A stretch of 64,000 bases of DNA from Planctomycetota bacterium. Its GTDB lineage: Bacteria > Planctomycetota > UBA1135 > UBA2386. The position numbers and the translations under genes were made by a program. Position 1 is the stretch's first letter. Each line of letters opens with the position of its first letter. Positions 9,585-19,214 of the stretch are shown here, piece by piece. Location: positions 1,504,001 through 1,568,000 of the forward strand of contig OZ245838.1 of assembly GCA_965228735.1 (NCBI GenBank), written 5' to 3'. The notes beneath the pieces are model-generated. The model worked only from the letters and a program-made list of their open reading frames with translations. It searched no databases and was not told the origin of the DNA.

Positions 9585-10363
9585 CGGCGGCGACCGACGC
9601 GCTCGAGTGGCAGGACGAGCCCGGCCTCCGCACCGCGACGACCACCGGCGCCGAACTGCTCCGGCACGTGCGCATGTGGCGCCCCGCGGAGCGCAACGAG
9701 ATCGTCACCGCCGACCACGAGACGGCCGCCGTGCTGCTGGCCGGCACGTTCGACCTGCTCGCGGGTCCACCCGCGGGCGACCGCACGTCGTGGCCGGCGC
9801 GCGGCGCACGCCAGACGCCGTTCGCCGGCCGCCCGATGGCCGTCTTCCTGCCGCCGGAGAGCGCGTTCGAGGCTCGAAACGGCACCGCGGACGGCGAGAT
9901 CCTGCTCTTCGGGGCGACGCAGCAACCGACCGACGAGGCGCCCAAGGAGGGCCGCGCTGCGTTGAGTCAGAGCCCGTTGCTGCCGCTCGCCGGCAGCGGC
10001 AAGTCGTTCGATCCGAACAGCGGCGAGTGGATGCCGGCCGAGACGTTCCCGACGTCGGCCGAGTCGCTGCCGCCGCGCCGCATGCGGCGCCGGCCCATCG
10101 GCGAGGTCGAGGTCGAGCGCGTGTTCACCAGCGACTACAAGGCCGCGACGTTGACCGTCGACGAGGCCGTGCTGCAGCCCGGGCAGCAGCTCGCGATCGC
10201 CGCGATCGACGACCGCCCCGCGCATCGTGAGCTCGTCGTCTTCTGCCGCGACGAGGCGGGCGACCGCGCGCACTTCGTGCCGACGCCGGACGGCGCGACC
10301 GATCTCGTGCTGCAGGCGACGGCCGGACCGCTCTACGTCGCGATCGCCTACGCCGGCAAGTAG
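9581..10363 (+). CDS. Hypothetical cupin protein, weakly IolB (5-deoxy-glucuronate isomerase)-like
   Basis: ETAAVLLAG..DL, RGARQTPF.GRP.AVFLPP resemble the IolB N-terminal cupin; translationally coupled to upstream gene. Confidence 0.5.
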   Translation: MTAATDALEWQDEPGLRTATTTGAELLRHVRMWRPAERNEIVTADHETAAVLLAGTFDLLAGPPAGDRTSWPARGARQTPFAGRPMAVFLPPESAFEARNGTADGEILLFGATQQPTDEAPKEGRAALSQSPLLPLAGSGKSFDPNSGEWMPAETFPTSAESLPPRRMRRRPIGEVEVERVFTSDYKAATLTVDEAVLQPGQQLAIAAIDDRPAHRELVVFCRDEAGDRAHFVPTPDGATDLVLQATAGPLYVAIAYAGK

Positions 10364-10369
10364 TCGAGC

Positions 10370-11284
10370 TCAGTTCGCGTCCGCGGCCGCGGCGCCGCGC
10401 GCCACCGTCACCGCACCGGCGCCGGCGCCGGCGAGGCTGAGCTTCGTGCCGACGCCCTGAAAGTCGGTCGGCAGGTAGCCGAGTCCGAACCGCAGATCGC
10501 GCCCGGGCACCGGCACCGCATGCATCACGCGCCCGACCGGCAGATCGTCCTCGACCTCGTGCAGCGGCACCGGCTCGGTGATCGGCTCACCGGCCGGCAG
10601 GTGCAACAGACAGAGTCGCCGGTTGGTGTGCCCGTAGGTGTGGATGCGCGCGACGATCTCCTGACCCGTGTAGCAGCCCTTCGTCGTCGAGCAGTGATCG
10701 TCGAGGTCGGCCTCGAGCGCGAGCGTCGTCGGCTCGCTCTCGACGCCGACGCGCACGAACCCGGCCGCCATGCGCAGGCACTCGCCGAGCTCGGGACTCA
10801 TCGCCGCGCCGTCGAGGTTCGGCAAGGCGGCGCTCGGACCGTGCAGGCGAACGAACCCGACGCCGTGCCGCGCGATGACGAAACGCCGCCCGCCACTCGG
10901 TGCCGGCACGTTGGTATCGACGACCGCCGCATCCCCGACGAGCTCGCGACAACCGAACCCGTCGGGCACGACGAACGCGAGCTGCTCCGTGAAGTGATAG
11001 CGATCGAGCAGTTCGACGAGCTTGTCGTGCTGCTCGCTCGCGGTCTCGAGCCAGAACGACTCGCCGTCGCGCTGCACGAGGCAGGTGACGAGCAGCTTGC
11101 CCTTGCCGTCGAGGAACGCCGCGGGTGCGGTCGCCCCGGGCTGCAGCGCGAGCACGTCGGCCGAGCACAACCGCTGCAGGTAGTCGCCGGCGTCCGGACC
11201 GCGCACCTCGAGCAGGCGGAACGGCGCGTCGGACCGCTGGAACGGTCCGTCCTGGAGCAGGGCGGTGGTGATCGGGTCGGGCAT
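10370..11284 (-). CDS. ygfZ: Folate-binding Fe-S cluster repair protein YgfZ/GcvT-like
   Basis: Signature KGCYTGQEIVARI; GPDA..YLQRL, LDGKGK. Confidence 0.9.
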   Translation of the reverse strand: MPDPITTALLQDGPFQRSDAPFRLLEVRGPDAGDYLQRLCSADVLALQPGATAPAAFLDGKGKLLVTCLVQRDGESFWLETASEQHDKLVELLDRYHFTEQLAFVVPDGFGCRELVGDAAVVDTNVPAPSGGRRFVIARHGVGFVRLHGPSAALPNLDGAAMSPELGECLRMAAGFVRVGVESEPTTLALEADLDDHCSTTKGCYTGQEIVARIHTYGHTNRRLCLLHLPAGEPITEPVPLHEVEDDLPVGRVMHAVPVPGRDLRFGLGYLPTDFQGVGTKLSLAGAGAGAVTVARGAAAADAN

Positions 11285-11462
11285 GTCGGTCGACTCTTGT
11301 TCGGTGAAGCGCAAGCGGCCCGCGAATCGGGCAACCGCCCGAACCGGCGATGGCAGGCCAGGATCGGGATGGTCTCAGAATGCGCCTCGATCCGGGGCGA
11401 TTTCAAGCCGATGCGTTGAAAGAGCCCCAATCTGGGTCTACTTTACGGCACCGGACTCCACG

Positions 11463-11984
11463 ATGCTCCGAATCTCCAAGAAGGCCGACTACGCCGTGTT
11501 CCTGCTCGGCGCGATTGCCCGCGAAGGCGCCTATCCGGGCGGCTCCGCGGCCGATTCGGTCGTGAGCGCGCACGAGATCGCTTCGGGCTGCGGGCTCAAC
11601 AAGTCCGTCGTCGCCAACCTCCTCAAGGAGTTTGCGCGCGCCGGCCTGCTCGATTCGGTGCGCGGCCTGCGCGGCGGCTACCGCCTCGTGCGGGCGCCGC
11701 AGGACATCTCGCTACGGCAGATCCTCGAGGTCGTGGAAGGCAAGTTCGAGCTCGTCGACTGCATCTCGAGCGGCCACGCGCCGGTGACGGACTCGGGGGC
11801 TGACTCGGGGGCGGGCGCCGACACCGAGAGCGGTCACACCGAAGAGTGCGCCCTGCTCGACATCTGCCCCAGCCGCAGCCCGATGCGGGTCGTGCACGAC
11901 CGCATCCGCGACCTGTTCGACGGCATCGATCTCGCGGAGCTCTGCCGCCTGCCGTCTGCAACCTCCTCCGAGCTGTCTCACTGA
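11463..11984 (+). CDS. Rrf2-family Fe-S-responsive transcriptional regulator
   Basis: MLRISKKADYA; GLLDSVRGLRGGYRL; three C-terminal Cys; heads the ISC operon. Confidence 0.9.
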   Translation: MLRISKKADYAVFLLGAIAREGAYPGGSAADSVVSAHEIASGCGLNKSVVANLLKEFARAGLLDSVRGLRGGYRLVRAPQDISLRQILEVVEGKFELVDCISSGHAPVTDSGADSGAGADTESGHTEECALLDICPSRSPMRVVHDRIRDLFDGIDLAELCRLPSATSSELSH

Positions 11985-12060
11985 ACGACTTGGCTCACTG
12001 AACGACTTGGCTCACTGAACGACTTGGCTCACTGAACGACTTGGCCCACTGAACGACTGG
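11977..12060. repeat. 17-bp tandem repeat CTCACTGAACGACTTGG, 4 exact copies plus 1 variant
   Basis: Exact copies start at 11977, 11994, 12011 and 12028; variant CCCACTGAACGACTGG at 12045. Confidence 0.97.
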
Positions 12061-12081
12061 CAAGTTGACCGAATTGGCCCG

Positions 12082-13296
12082 ATGAAGACCCCGATCTACC
12101 TTGATTACAGCGCAACCACGCCGTGCGACCCGCGGGTCGTGGAGCGCATGCTGCCGTTCTTCACCGACACGTTCGGCAACTCGGCGAGCCGCAGCCACGC
12201 GTTCGGCTGGACCGCGGAGGCCGCGATCGACGAGGCGCGCAAGCACGTCGCGAAGCTGATCGGCGCGCACCCGAAGGAGATCATCTGGACGAGCGGCTCG
12301 ACCGAGGCGAACAACCTCGCGATCAAGGGCGCCGCCGAGATGTACGCCAAGAAGGGCAAGCACATCATCACGACGGGCATCGAGCACAAGGCCGTGATCG
12401 ACCCGTTCAAGCACCTCGAGACCGAGGGCTACCGGGTCACGTGGCTGCCCGTCGACGGCAACGGTCACATCGACCTGCAGGCGCTCGAGGCCGCGATCAC
12501 GGACGAGACGATCCTCGTGTCGCTGATGACGGCCAACAACGAGATCGGCACGATCCATCCGATCGAGCAGATCGGCGCGATCTGTAAAGCGAAGGGCACG
12601 CTGTTCCACACCGACGCGACGCAGGCCGCCGGGCGGATCCCGCTCGACGTCGAGGCGCAGCACGTCGACCTGATGTCGATCTCGGCGCACAAGATGTACG
12701 GGCCGAAGGGCGTCGGCGCGCTCTACGTGCGCCGCAAGAACCCGCGCGTTCGCCTCACGGCGCAGATGGATGGCGGCGGTCATGAACGCGGCATGCGCTC
12801 GGGCACGCTCAACGTGACCGGCATCATCGGCATGGGCGAAGCCGCGCGCATCGCCACCGAGGAGATGGCCGCCGAGGTCCCGAAGATCGCGGCACTGCGC
12901 GACCGCCTCGAGAACAGGATTCGTCAGGGCCTGCCCGACGCCGTGATCAACGGCGACCCGGAGCACCGGCTGCCGACGCTGACCAACATCTCGTTCCCGT
13001 ACGTCGAGGGCGAGAGCCTCATCATGGGCGTCAAGGAGCTCGCGGTCTCGTCGGGCTCGGCGTGCACGTCCGCGAGCCTCGAGCCGAGCTACGTGCTCAA
13101 GGCGCTCGGACTCGGCGACGAGCTCGCGCACAGCAGCATCCGATTCTCGCTCGGACGCTTCACCACCGAAGAAGAAGTCGACTTCGCCGCCGATCGCATC
13201 GTCGCCGAGGTCACCCGCCTGCGGGAAATGTCCCCGCTGTGGGAGATGGTCCAGGAAGGCGTCGACCTCTCGAAGGTCAAGTGGACCGTTCACTAG
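12082..13296 (+). CDS. iscS: Cysteine desulfurase IscS
   Basis: [20 protein letters not shown] (PLP Lys), SSGSACTS, C-terminal [10 protein letters not shown]. Confidence 0.97.
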   Translation: MKTPIYLDYSATTPCDPRVVERMLPFFTDTFGNSASRSHAFGWTAEAAIDEARKHVAKLIGAHPKEIIWTSGSTEANNLAIKGAAEMYAKKGKHIITTGIEHKAVIDPFKHLETEGYRVTWLPVDGNGHIDLQALEAAITDETILVSLMTANNEIGTIHPIEQIGAICKAKGTLFHTDATQAAGRIPLDVEAQHVDLMSISAHKMYGPKGVGALYVRRKNPRVRLTAQMDGGGHERGMRSGTLNVTGIIGMGEAARIATEEMAAEVPKIAALRDRLENRIRQGLPDAVINGDPEHRLPTLTNISFPYVEGESLIMGVKELAVSSGSACTSASLEPSYVLKALGLGDELAHSSIRFSLGRFTTEEEVDFAADRIVAEVTRLREMSPLWEMVQEGVDLSKVKWTVH

Positions 13297-13320
13297 CAGA
13301 CACACCGATTCGAACCAACG

Positions 13321-13746
13321 ATGGCATACAGCGACAAGGTCCTCGATCACTACCAGAACCCGCGCAACGTCGGCTCGCTCGACAAGGACGATCCGAACGT
13401 CGGCACGGGCGTCGTCGGCGCGCCCGAATGCGGCGACGTCATGAAGCTGCAGATCAAGGTCGACGACACCGGCAACATCACGGACGCCAAGTTCAAGACC
13501 TATGGCTGCGGCTCGGCGATCGCCTCGTCGTCGCTCGCAACCGAGTGGCTCAAGGGCTCGACCGTCGACAGTGCTTCCAACATCAAGAACACGCAGATCG
13601 TCGAGGAGCTGTCGCTCCCGCCGGTCAAGATCCACTGCTCGGTGCTCGCCGAGGACGCGATCAAGGCCGCGATCGAGGACTGGCGCAGCAAGCACGGCGA
13701 CGCAGCTGCGCCGGCCGCGGCCGGTGACGAAGCTGCGAGGCAGTAG
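13321..13746 (+). CDS. iscU: Fe-S scaffold IscU
   Basis: MAYSDKVLDHY.NPRNVG, GAPECGDVM, GCGSAIASS, LPPVKIHCS. Confidence 0.97.
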   Translation: MAYSDKVLDHYQNPRNVGSLDKDDPNVGTGVVGAPECGDVMKLQIKVDDTGNITDAKFKTYGCGSAIASSSLATEWLKGSTVDSASNIKNTQIVEELSLPPVKIHCSVLAEDAIKAAIEDWRSKHGDAAAPAAAGDEAARQ

Positions 13747-13761
13747 ACCCGGAGGGATGTC

Positions 13762-14205
13762 ATGACTGAGACCAACGACGACACCGCTGGCGGCAAGGTC
13801 GACGGCACGAATACGGACGGCGTGGCGACCACCGAAGGCGCCATTCCCGAACCGATCACCCCGAAGGAGGGCCGCGGCATCCACCTCACGGAGCGGGCAG
13901 CCAAGGAGATCGAGCGCGTGATCACCGAGCAGAAGTTCGGCGACAACGTCTGGGTCCGCGTCGGCGCCAAGGGCGGCGGCTGTTCGGGCTTCAGCTACGT
14001 GCTCGACTTCGATCAGAACGGGCCGACCGAGTTCGATATCGCGTACGTGATGCACGGCGTGAACTACTGCGTCGACAAGAAGAGCGAGTTCTTCATGGGC
14101 GGCACGACGCTCGACTTCAACGACGGGCTGCTCGACCGCGGCTTCACGTTCAAGAACCCGCAGGCCAGCGGCACGTGCGGCTGCGGCACGTCGTTCTCCG
14201 CGTAG
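13762..14205 (+). CDS. iscA: A-type Fe-S carrier IscA/HesB
   Basis: GGGCSGFSY, F.NP, CGCGTSF. Confidence 0.95.
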   Translation: MTETNDDTAGGKVDGTNTDGVATTEGAIPEPITPKEGRGIHLTERAAKEIERVITEQKFGDNVWVRVGAKGGGCSGFSYVLDFDQNGPTEFDIAYVMHGVNYCVDKKSEFFMGGTTLDFNDGLLDRGFTFKNPQASGTCGCGTSFSA

Positions 14206-14271
14206 GCCCCGCGCCGCGCAGACCCCATCGCCGCGTAAACCACCTCTGAACGCCGGCCGCCCCCACCGCCC

Positions 14272-14772
14272 GTGATCCACGTCCCTGCCCCCGATCCGTT
14301 CGCCGTCTTCGCGCTGCCACGCAGCCTCGACGTCGACGAACGCGAACTCGAGAAAAAGTACCTGCAGCTCTCGCGCGAGTGCCACCCCGACCACAACCGC
14401 GCGCAGGACACCGACGATTGCGCCGCCGTGCTGCAACGTGCGGCCGAGATCAACGACGCGTTCAAGGTGCTGCGGGATCCGTGGCAACGCGCCCGGGCGC
14501 TGCTCGAGGCCGAGAGCCCCGGCGCCCTCGACCGGAACAAGAAGCTCGACCCGATGTTCCTCGCCGAGGCGCTCGAGCTCGCGGAGGAGGTCGCGTTCGC
14601 GAGCGGCGACGCGATCCCGCCGCTGCGGAAGAAACTGAAGCTGGCGCTGAAAGAAGACTTCGCCGCCGTGCAGGCCGCGCTCGCGACCGGCGACCACGAC
14701 GGTGCCGCGAAGCGCATTCACGGCTCGCACTACCACAGCAAGGCCCTGAAGGACCTGGAGGCGCGGCAATGA
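14272..14772 (+). CDS. hscB: Co-chaperone HscB
   Basis: J-domain with [21 protein letters not shown]; lies between iscA and hscA. Confidence 0.9.
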   Translation: MIHVPAPDPFAVFALPRSLDVDERELEKKYLQLSRECHPDHNRAQDTDDCAAVLQRAAEINDAFKVLRDPWQRARALLEAESPGALDRNKKLDPMFLAEALELAEEVAFASGDAIPPLRKKLKLALKEDFAAVQAALATGDHDGAAKRIHGSHYHSKALKDLEARQ

Positions 14773-16706
14773 CCGACGCCACTTCGGACCAGGCCGCGGA
14801 ACCGGCGCCGAAATCCCGGCTCGTTCTCGGCATCGACCTCGGGACGACGAACAGCCTGGCCGCGATCCGGGCCGGCGGCAAACCGCCGCACGTGCTCCGC
14901 AGCCAGGACGGTGAACCGCTCATCCCGTCGATCGTCTGCTTCCACCCGGACGGCACGACGCGTCTCGGAACCGAGGCGAAGGCGCTGCGGCTCGAGCATC
15001 CGGACCGGACGGTGTTCTCGATCAAGCGCCTCATCGGCAAGTCCTTCGCGGATGCCGAGGCGGACAGCAAGGCGCTGCCCTACCGGATCGTCCGTGGCGA
15101 CCGCGGCCTGCCGCGGATTCGGATCGGCGACGGCGAGAGCGCCGCCGAGCACGCCCCCGAGGAGATTTCCGCGCTCGTTCTCCGCGAGGTCAAGCGCACC
15201 GCCGAGCAGGCGCTCGGTCAGGACGTGCACGAGGTCGTCGTCACCGTGCCGGCCTGGTTCGACGACGCGCAGCGCCAGGCGACCAAGGACGCGGCCGCGC
15301 TCGCCGGCCTCGAGTGCGTGCGGATCCTCAACGAGCCGACGGCGGCGGCGCTCGCCTACGGCATCGACGGTCGCAACGACGGCACGGTCCTCGTCTACGA
15401 CCTCGGCGGCGGCACGTTCGACGTGTCCGTGCTGCGGATCGAGGACGGCGTGTTCCGCGTGCTCTCGACGGCCGGCGACACGCACCTCGGCGGTGACGAC
15501 TTCGACGCGTTGCTCGGCCGCACCATTCTCGCGGCGCTGCCCGACGGCGCGCAGGAGTCGGTTGCGGGCGACCCCTACGTGCGGCAGGCGATCAAGAAGG
15601 CCGCCGAGGGCCTCAAGATCCGGCTCAGTGAGAGCGACGAGGCCGACCTCGTGCTCGACCTCGGAGACCGGGGCTCGGCAACCGTGCACGTGACGCGATC
15701 CGAGTTCGAAGCCGCAATCGCGCCGCTCGTGCAGCGCACGCTCGACTGCGTGAAGCGCGCGGTAGCCGACGCCGACCTCGAGCTCGAGGAGATCGACGAC
15801 GTCGTGCTCGTCGGCGGCAGCACGCGCGTGCCGCTCGTCAGAAAGCGCATCGAGACGCTCTGCGGCAAGCCGCCGCACACCCACGTCGACCCCGACCAGG
15901 CGGTCGCGCTCGGCGCGGCAATCCAGGCCGACGTGCTCGCGGGCAACGACAAGTCGCTGCTGCTGCTCGACGTGATCCCGCTGTCGCTCGGCATCGAGAC
16001 GCTCGGCGGCGCCGTGCAGAAGCTCATCCTGCGCAACAGCACGATCCCGACGAGCGTCAGCGAAGAGTTCTCGACGGGCGTCGACGGCCAGGTCTCGGTC
16101 GATCTGCGGATCTTCCAGGGCGAACGCGAGCTCGCGGAGGACTGCCGCCAGCTCGGCGAGTTCAAGCTCACGGGCATCCCGCCGATGCCGGCCGGGCTGC
16201 CCCGCATCAACGTCACCTTCCTCGTGGACGCCGACGGGGTCCTGCGCGTCACGGCGCGCGAGCAGCGCACGGGCGCGCAGGCGGAGATCCGCATCGTCCC
16301 GTCATTCGGCCTCACGCGCGACGAGGTCCGGCGCATGATGCTCGAGTCGCTCGAGCACGCACAGAGTGACTACGAGAAGCGCGAGGCGATCGAGGTCCGC
16401 GGCAAGGCCGAGGCGATGGTGCGCGGCACGAAGCGCGCGCTCGAGATGGCCGAGCTGCCGCCGGACCAGACCTTCGCCGTGCAGAAGGCCGTGAAGGGAC
16501 TCGAGAAGCTGCTCGCGGCCGAGGTCGACGCACGAGCACTTGGTCAAGGCTGCGACGACCTCACGAAGGTCACGGCGACGATCGCCGACGACGTGATCAG
16601 CTCCGCCGTGACGAAGGCGCTGCGCGAGGAGCAGGCCCAGCAGCGAACGCAACAGCAGGAACAGCAGCCGACTCAGAAGCAGACGCAGGACCAGAACGAC
16701 GCATGA
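14769..16706 (+). CDS. hscA: Hsp70-family Fe-S chaperone HscA
   Basis: [48 protein letters not shown] context. Confidence 0.92.
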   Translation: MTDATSDQAAEPAPKSRLVLGIDLGTTNSLAAIRAGGKPPHVLRSQDGEPLIPSIVCFHPDGTTRLGTEAKALRLEHPDRTVFSIKRLIGKSFADAEADSKALPYRIVRGDRGLPRIRIGDGESAAEHAPEEISALVLREVKRTAEQALGQDVHEVVVTVPAWFDDAQRQATKDAAALAGLECVRILNEPTAAALAYGIDGRNDGTVLVYDLGGGTFDVSVLRIEDGVFRVLSTAGDTHLGGDDFDALLGRTILAALPDGAQESVAGDPYVRQAIKKAAEGLKIRLSESDEADLVLDLGDRGSATVHVTRSEFEAAIAPLVQRTLDCVKRAVADADLELEEIDDVVLVGGSTRVPLVRKRIETLCGKPPHTHVDPDQAVALGAAIQADVLAGNDKSLLLLDVIPLSLGIETLGGAVQKLILRNSTIPTSVSEEFSTGVDGQVSVDLRIFQGERELAEDCRQLGEFKLTGIPPMPAGLPRINVTFLVDADGVLRVTAREQRTGAQAEIRIVPSFGLTRDEVRRMMLESLEHAQSDYEKREAIEVRGKAEAMVRGTKRALEMAELPPDQTFAVQKAVKGLEKLLAAEVDARALGQGCDDLTKVTATIADDVISSAVTKALREEQAQQRTQQQEQQPTQKQTQDQNDA

Positions 16707-17041
16707 CCGAGATCCGTCTCTCCATTGCCGGCGACGATCGCCCCCTCACCCTCGCGGTCGGCCAGACCATTCTCGAGGCCGCGCTCGCCCAGGGGGTCGA
16801 TCTCGACCACGCGTGCGGTGGTGTCTGCGCGTGTTCGACGTGCCACGTCAAGATCACGAGCGGCACGGAGTGCTTCAGTGCGGCCACCGAGGACGAGGAG
16901 GATCAACTCGACGAAGCGCGCGACGTCGATCTGACCTCGCGACTCGGTTGCCAGGCGCGCCTGCTGCGCGCGCCCAGCAACGGCGTCGTCGAGATCCGCA
17001 TCCCGGAGTGGAACGTCAACGCGGTCCGCGAAGGCCACTGA
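16703..17041 (+). CDS. fdx: ISC-type [2Fe-2S] ferredoxin
   Basis: [14 protein letters not shown]...EEDQLD...SRLGCQA. Confidence 0.95.
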   Translation: MTEIRLSIAGDDRPLTLAVGQTILEAALAQGVDLDHACGGVCACSTCHVKITSGTECFSAATEDEEDQLDEARDVDLTSRLGCQARLLRAPSNGVVEIRIPEWNVNAVREGH

Positions 17042-17114
17042 TGTGCAATTCTCTCCACGGCGAGTGGAGAGATCCGTCGGTGTCGGATTCGTTCCGGCCC
17101 GGTAGAGTCGGCGC

Positions 17115-19091
17115 ATGATGGTCGAGAGCCAAGACGTCACCGTCGTCGCCAACACGATCCGCGGGTTGTCCATCGACGCCGTGCAGAAGGCCAATTCCGG
17201 CCACCCCGGCATGCCGATGGGCATGGCCGAGGTCGCCACCGTGCTCTGGACCGAGTTCCTCCGGTGGAGCAACCAGGAGCCCGAATGGCTCGGCCGCGAC
17301 CGCTTCGTGCTGTCCGGCGGCCACGGCTCGATGCTGCTCTACTCGCTGCTGCACCTCGCGGGCTTCCCCGTCACGCTCGACGACCTGAAGCAGTTCCGGC
17401 AGCTGCACAGCAAGACACCGGGGCACCCCGAATACGGCGACACGGTCGGCGTCGAGACGACGACCGGGCCGCTCGGCCAGGGCTTCGGCAACGCGGTCGG
17501 CATGGCGATCGCCGCGCACATGGAAGCCGCGCGATTCGACAATCCGCTGCTGCTGACCCGCGTCTTCGTCACCGTCGGCGACGGCGATCTGATGGAGGGC
17601 ATCAGCGCCGAGGCCGCGGCGCTCGCCGGGCACCTGGGACTCGGCAACCTCGTCTGCCTCTTCGACGACAACAACATCACGATCGAGGGCCACACGGACC
17701 TCGCGACGAGTGAGGACGTCGGCGCTCGTTTTGTCGCTGCCGGCTGGGACGTGCAGCGGATCGACGGTCACGATCCCGATGCGATCCGCACTGCCCTGCA
17801 GCAGGCGACGAACGCCACGGACAAGCCGCAGCTCATCTGCTGCCGCACGACGATCGGCAAGGGCAGTCCGAACAAGGCGAACACCCACGGCGTGCACGGC
17901 GCGCCGCTCGGCGAGGACGAGGTCAAGGCGACGAAGGCGGCGCTCGGCCTGCCCGCCGAGGACTTCCACGTCGACGAACGGGCACGCTCCGTCTTCCAGA
18001 CTGCGGCCGCGCGCAACGAGCAGGAACGCCTGCGCTGGCAGAGCGAACTCGAGGGCTGGGAAGCCAACCACGCCGAGCTCGCGACCGAGTGGCGCGCGTT
18101 CCGGGCGCGGCAACTGCCGAACGACCTGCTGGCGCAGCTCGTCGAGGCCGCGGGCACCGACGCGGCCGCGACCCGGGCCCTGTCGGGCAAGGTGATCCAG
18201 CAGCTCGCCGAGCTCATGCCCGGATTCGTGAGCGGCAGCGCCGACCTCGATCCGTCGACCAAGACGAGGATCAAGAGCAGCGGTTCGTTCACGGCCGAGG
18301 ACCGCAGCGGGCGAACGCTGCACTTCGGCGTTCGCGAGCACGCGATGGGCGCCGTGATGAACGGCATCTCGCTGCACGGCGGGTTCGTGCCAGCCGGCAG
18401 CACGTTCCTGGTCTTCGCCGACTACATGCGCACGCCGGTCCGGCTCGCCGCGCTGATGCGCATCCCCGCGGCCTTCGTCTACACGCACGACAGCCTGATG
18501 GTCGGCGAGGACGGCCCCACCCACCAACCCGTCGAACACCTCGCGACGCTGCGCGCGATCCCCGGTCTGCACGTCTTCCGACCGGCCGACGGTCCGGAGA
18601 CCGCAGCCGCGTGGACCCACGCGGTCTCGCGACGCGACGGCCCCGTCGCTCTCGCCCTCACGCGCCAGGGTCTGCCGCTGCTGCCGCACGACGGCGGCTG
18701 GGACGCGAGTGCGGCGTTGCGCGGCGGCTACGTTCTCGTCGACGAGAGCGCCGCGCAGGCGACCATCGTCGCGACGGGCGCCGAGGTCGCGCTCGCCGTG
18801 GATGCGGCCCGCCTCCTGACGGAGCAAGGCACGCCGACGCGCGTCGTGTCGATGCCGTGCCTCGAGCTCTTCCTGCAGCAGGACGAGTCGTATCGCACGA
18901 ACGTGCTCGGCACCGCCGCGACCTTCACCGTCGAGATGGGCCGCCCCGAGTGGTGGTGCCAGCTCACCGGTCGGATCGATCGCTGCATCGGGCACAGCGG
19001 CTTCGGCGCGAGCGCGCCCTACAACGTGGTGGCCGAACACTTCGGGTTCACCCCTGCCGCCATCGCTGACCGAGTGCGCCGAGCCCTCTGA
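17115..19091 (+). CDS. tkt: Transketolase
   Basis: AVQKANSGHPG, RDRFVLSGGH, GDGDLMEG, FGVREHAM, THDS..VGEDGPTHQP. Confidence 0.97.
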   Translation: MMVESQDVTVVANTIRGLSIDAVQKANSGHPGMPMGMAEVATVLWTEFLRWSNQEPEWLGRDRFVLSGGHGSMLLYSLLHLAGFPVTLDDLKQFRQLHSKTPGHPEYGDTVGVETTTGPLGQGFGNAVGMAIAAHMEAARFDNPLLLTRVFVTVGDGDLMEGISAEAAALAGHLGLGNLVCLFDDNNITIEGHTDLATSEDVGARFVAAGWDVQRIDGHDPDAIRTALQQATNATDKPQLICCRTTIGKGSPNKANTHGVHGAPLGEDEVKATKAALGLPAEDFHVDERARSVFQTAAARNEQERLRWQSELEGWEANHAELATEWRAFRARQLPNDLLAQLVEAAGTDAAATRALSGKVIQQLAELMPGFVSGSADLDPSTKTRIKSSGSFTAEDRSGRTLHFGVREHAMGAVMNGISLHGGFVPAGSTFLVFADYMRTPVRLAALMRIPAAFVYTHDSLMVGEDGPTHQPVEHLATLRAIPGLHVFRPADGPETAAAWTHAVSRRDGPVALALTRQGLPLLPHDGGWDASAALRGGYVLVDESAAQATIVATGAEVALAVDAARLLTEQGTPTRVVSMPCLELFLQQDESYRTNVLGTAATFTVEMGRPEWWCQLTGRIDRCIGHSGFGASAPYNVVAEHFGFTPAAIADRVRRAL

Positions 19092-19214
19092 CTCGGGGTG
19101 TTCCCGTAGCGAACCGATCGAGTCGCACGTTCCGGTGCGATTCTCACCTCCGTACGGGTTCAGGTGAAGACCCGTAGCGCGCGATAGTTGCGGGTAACCG
19201 TAGGTCTTCGCCAG

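Noticed and set aside
11977..12060. Possible mini-CRISPR array
   Set aside because: The units are contiguous 17-mers with no spacers, and no cas genes are present.
14769..16706. dnaK
   Set aside because: Its position between hscB and fdx in an ISC operon supports HscA.
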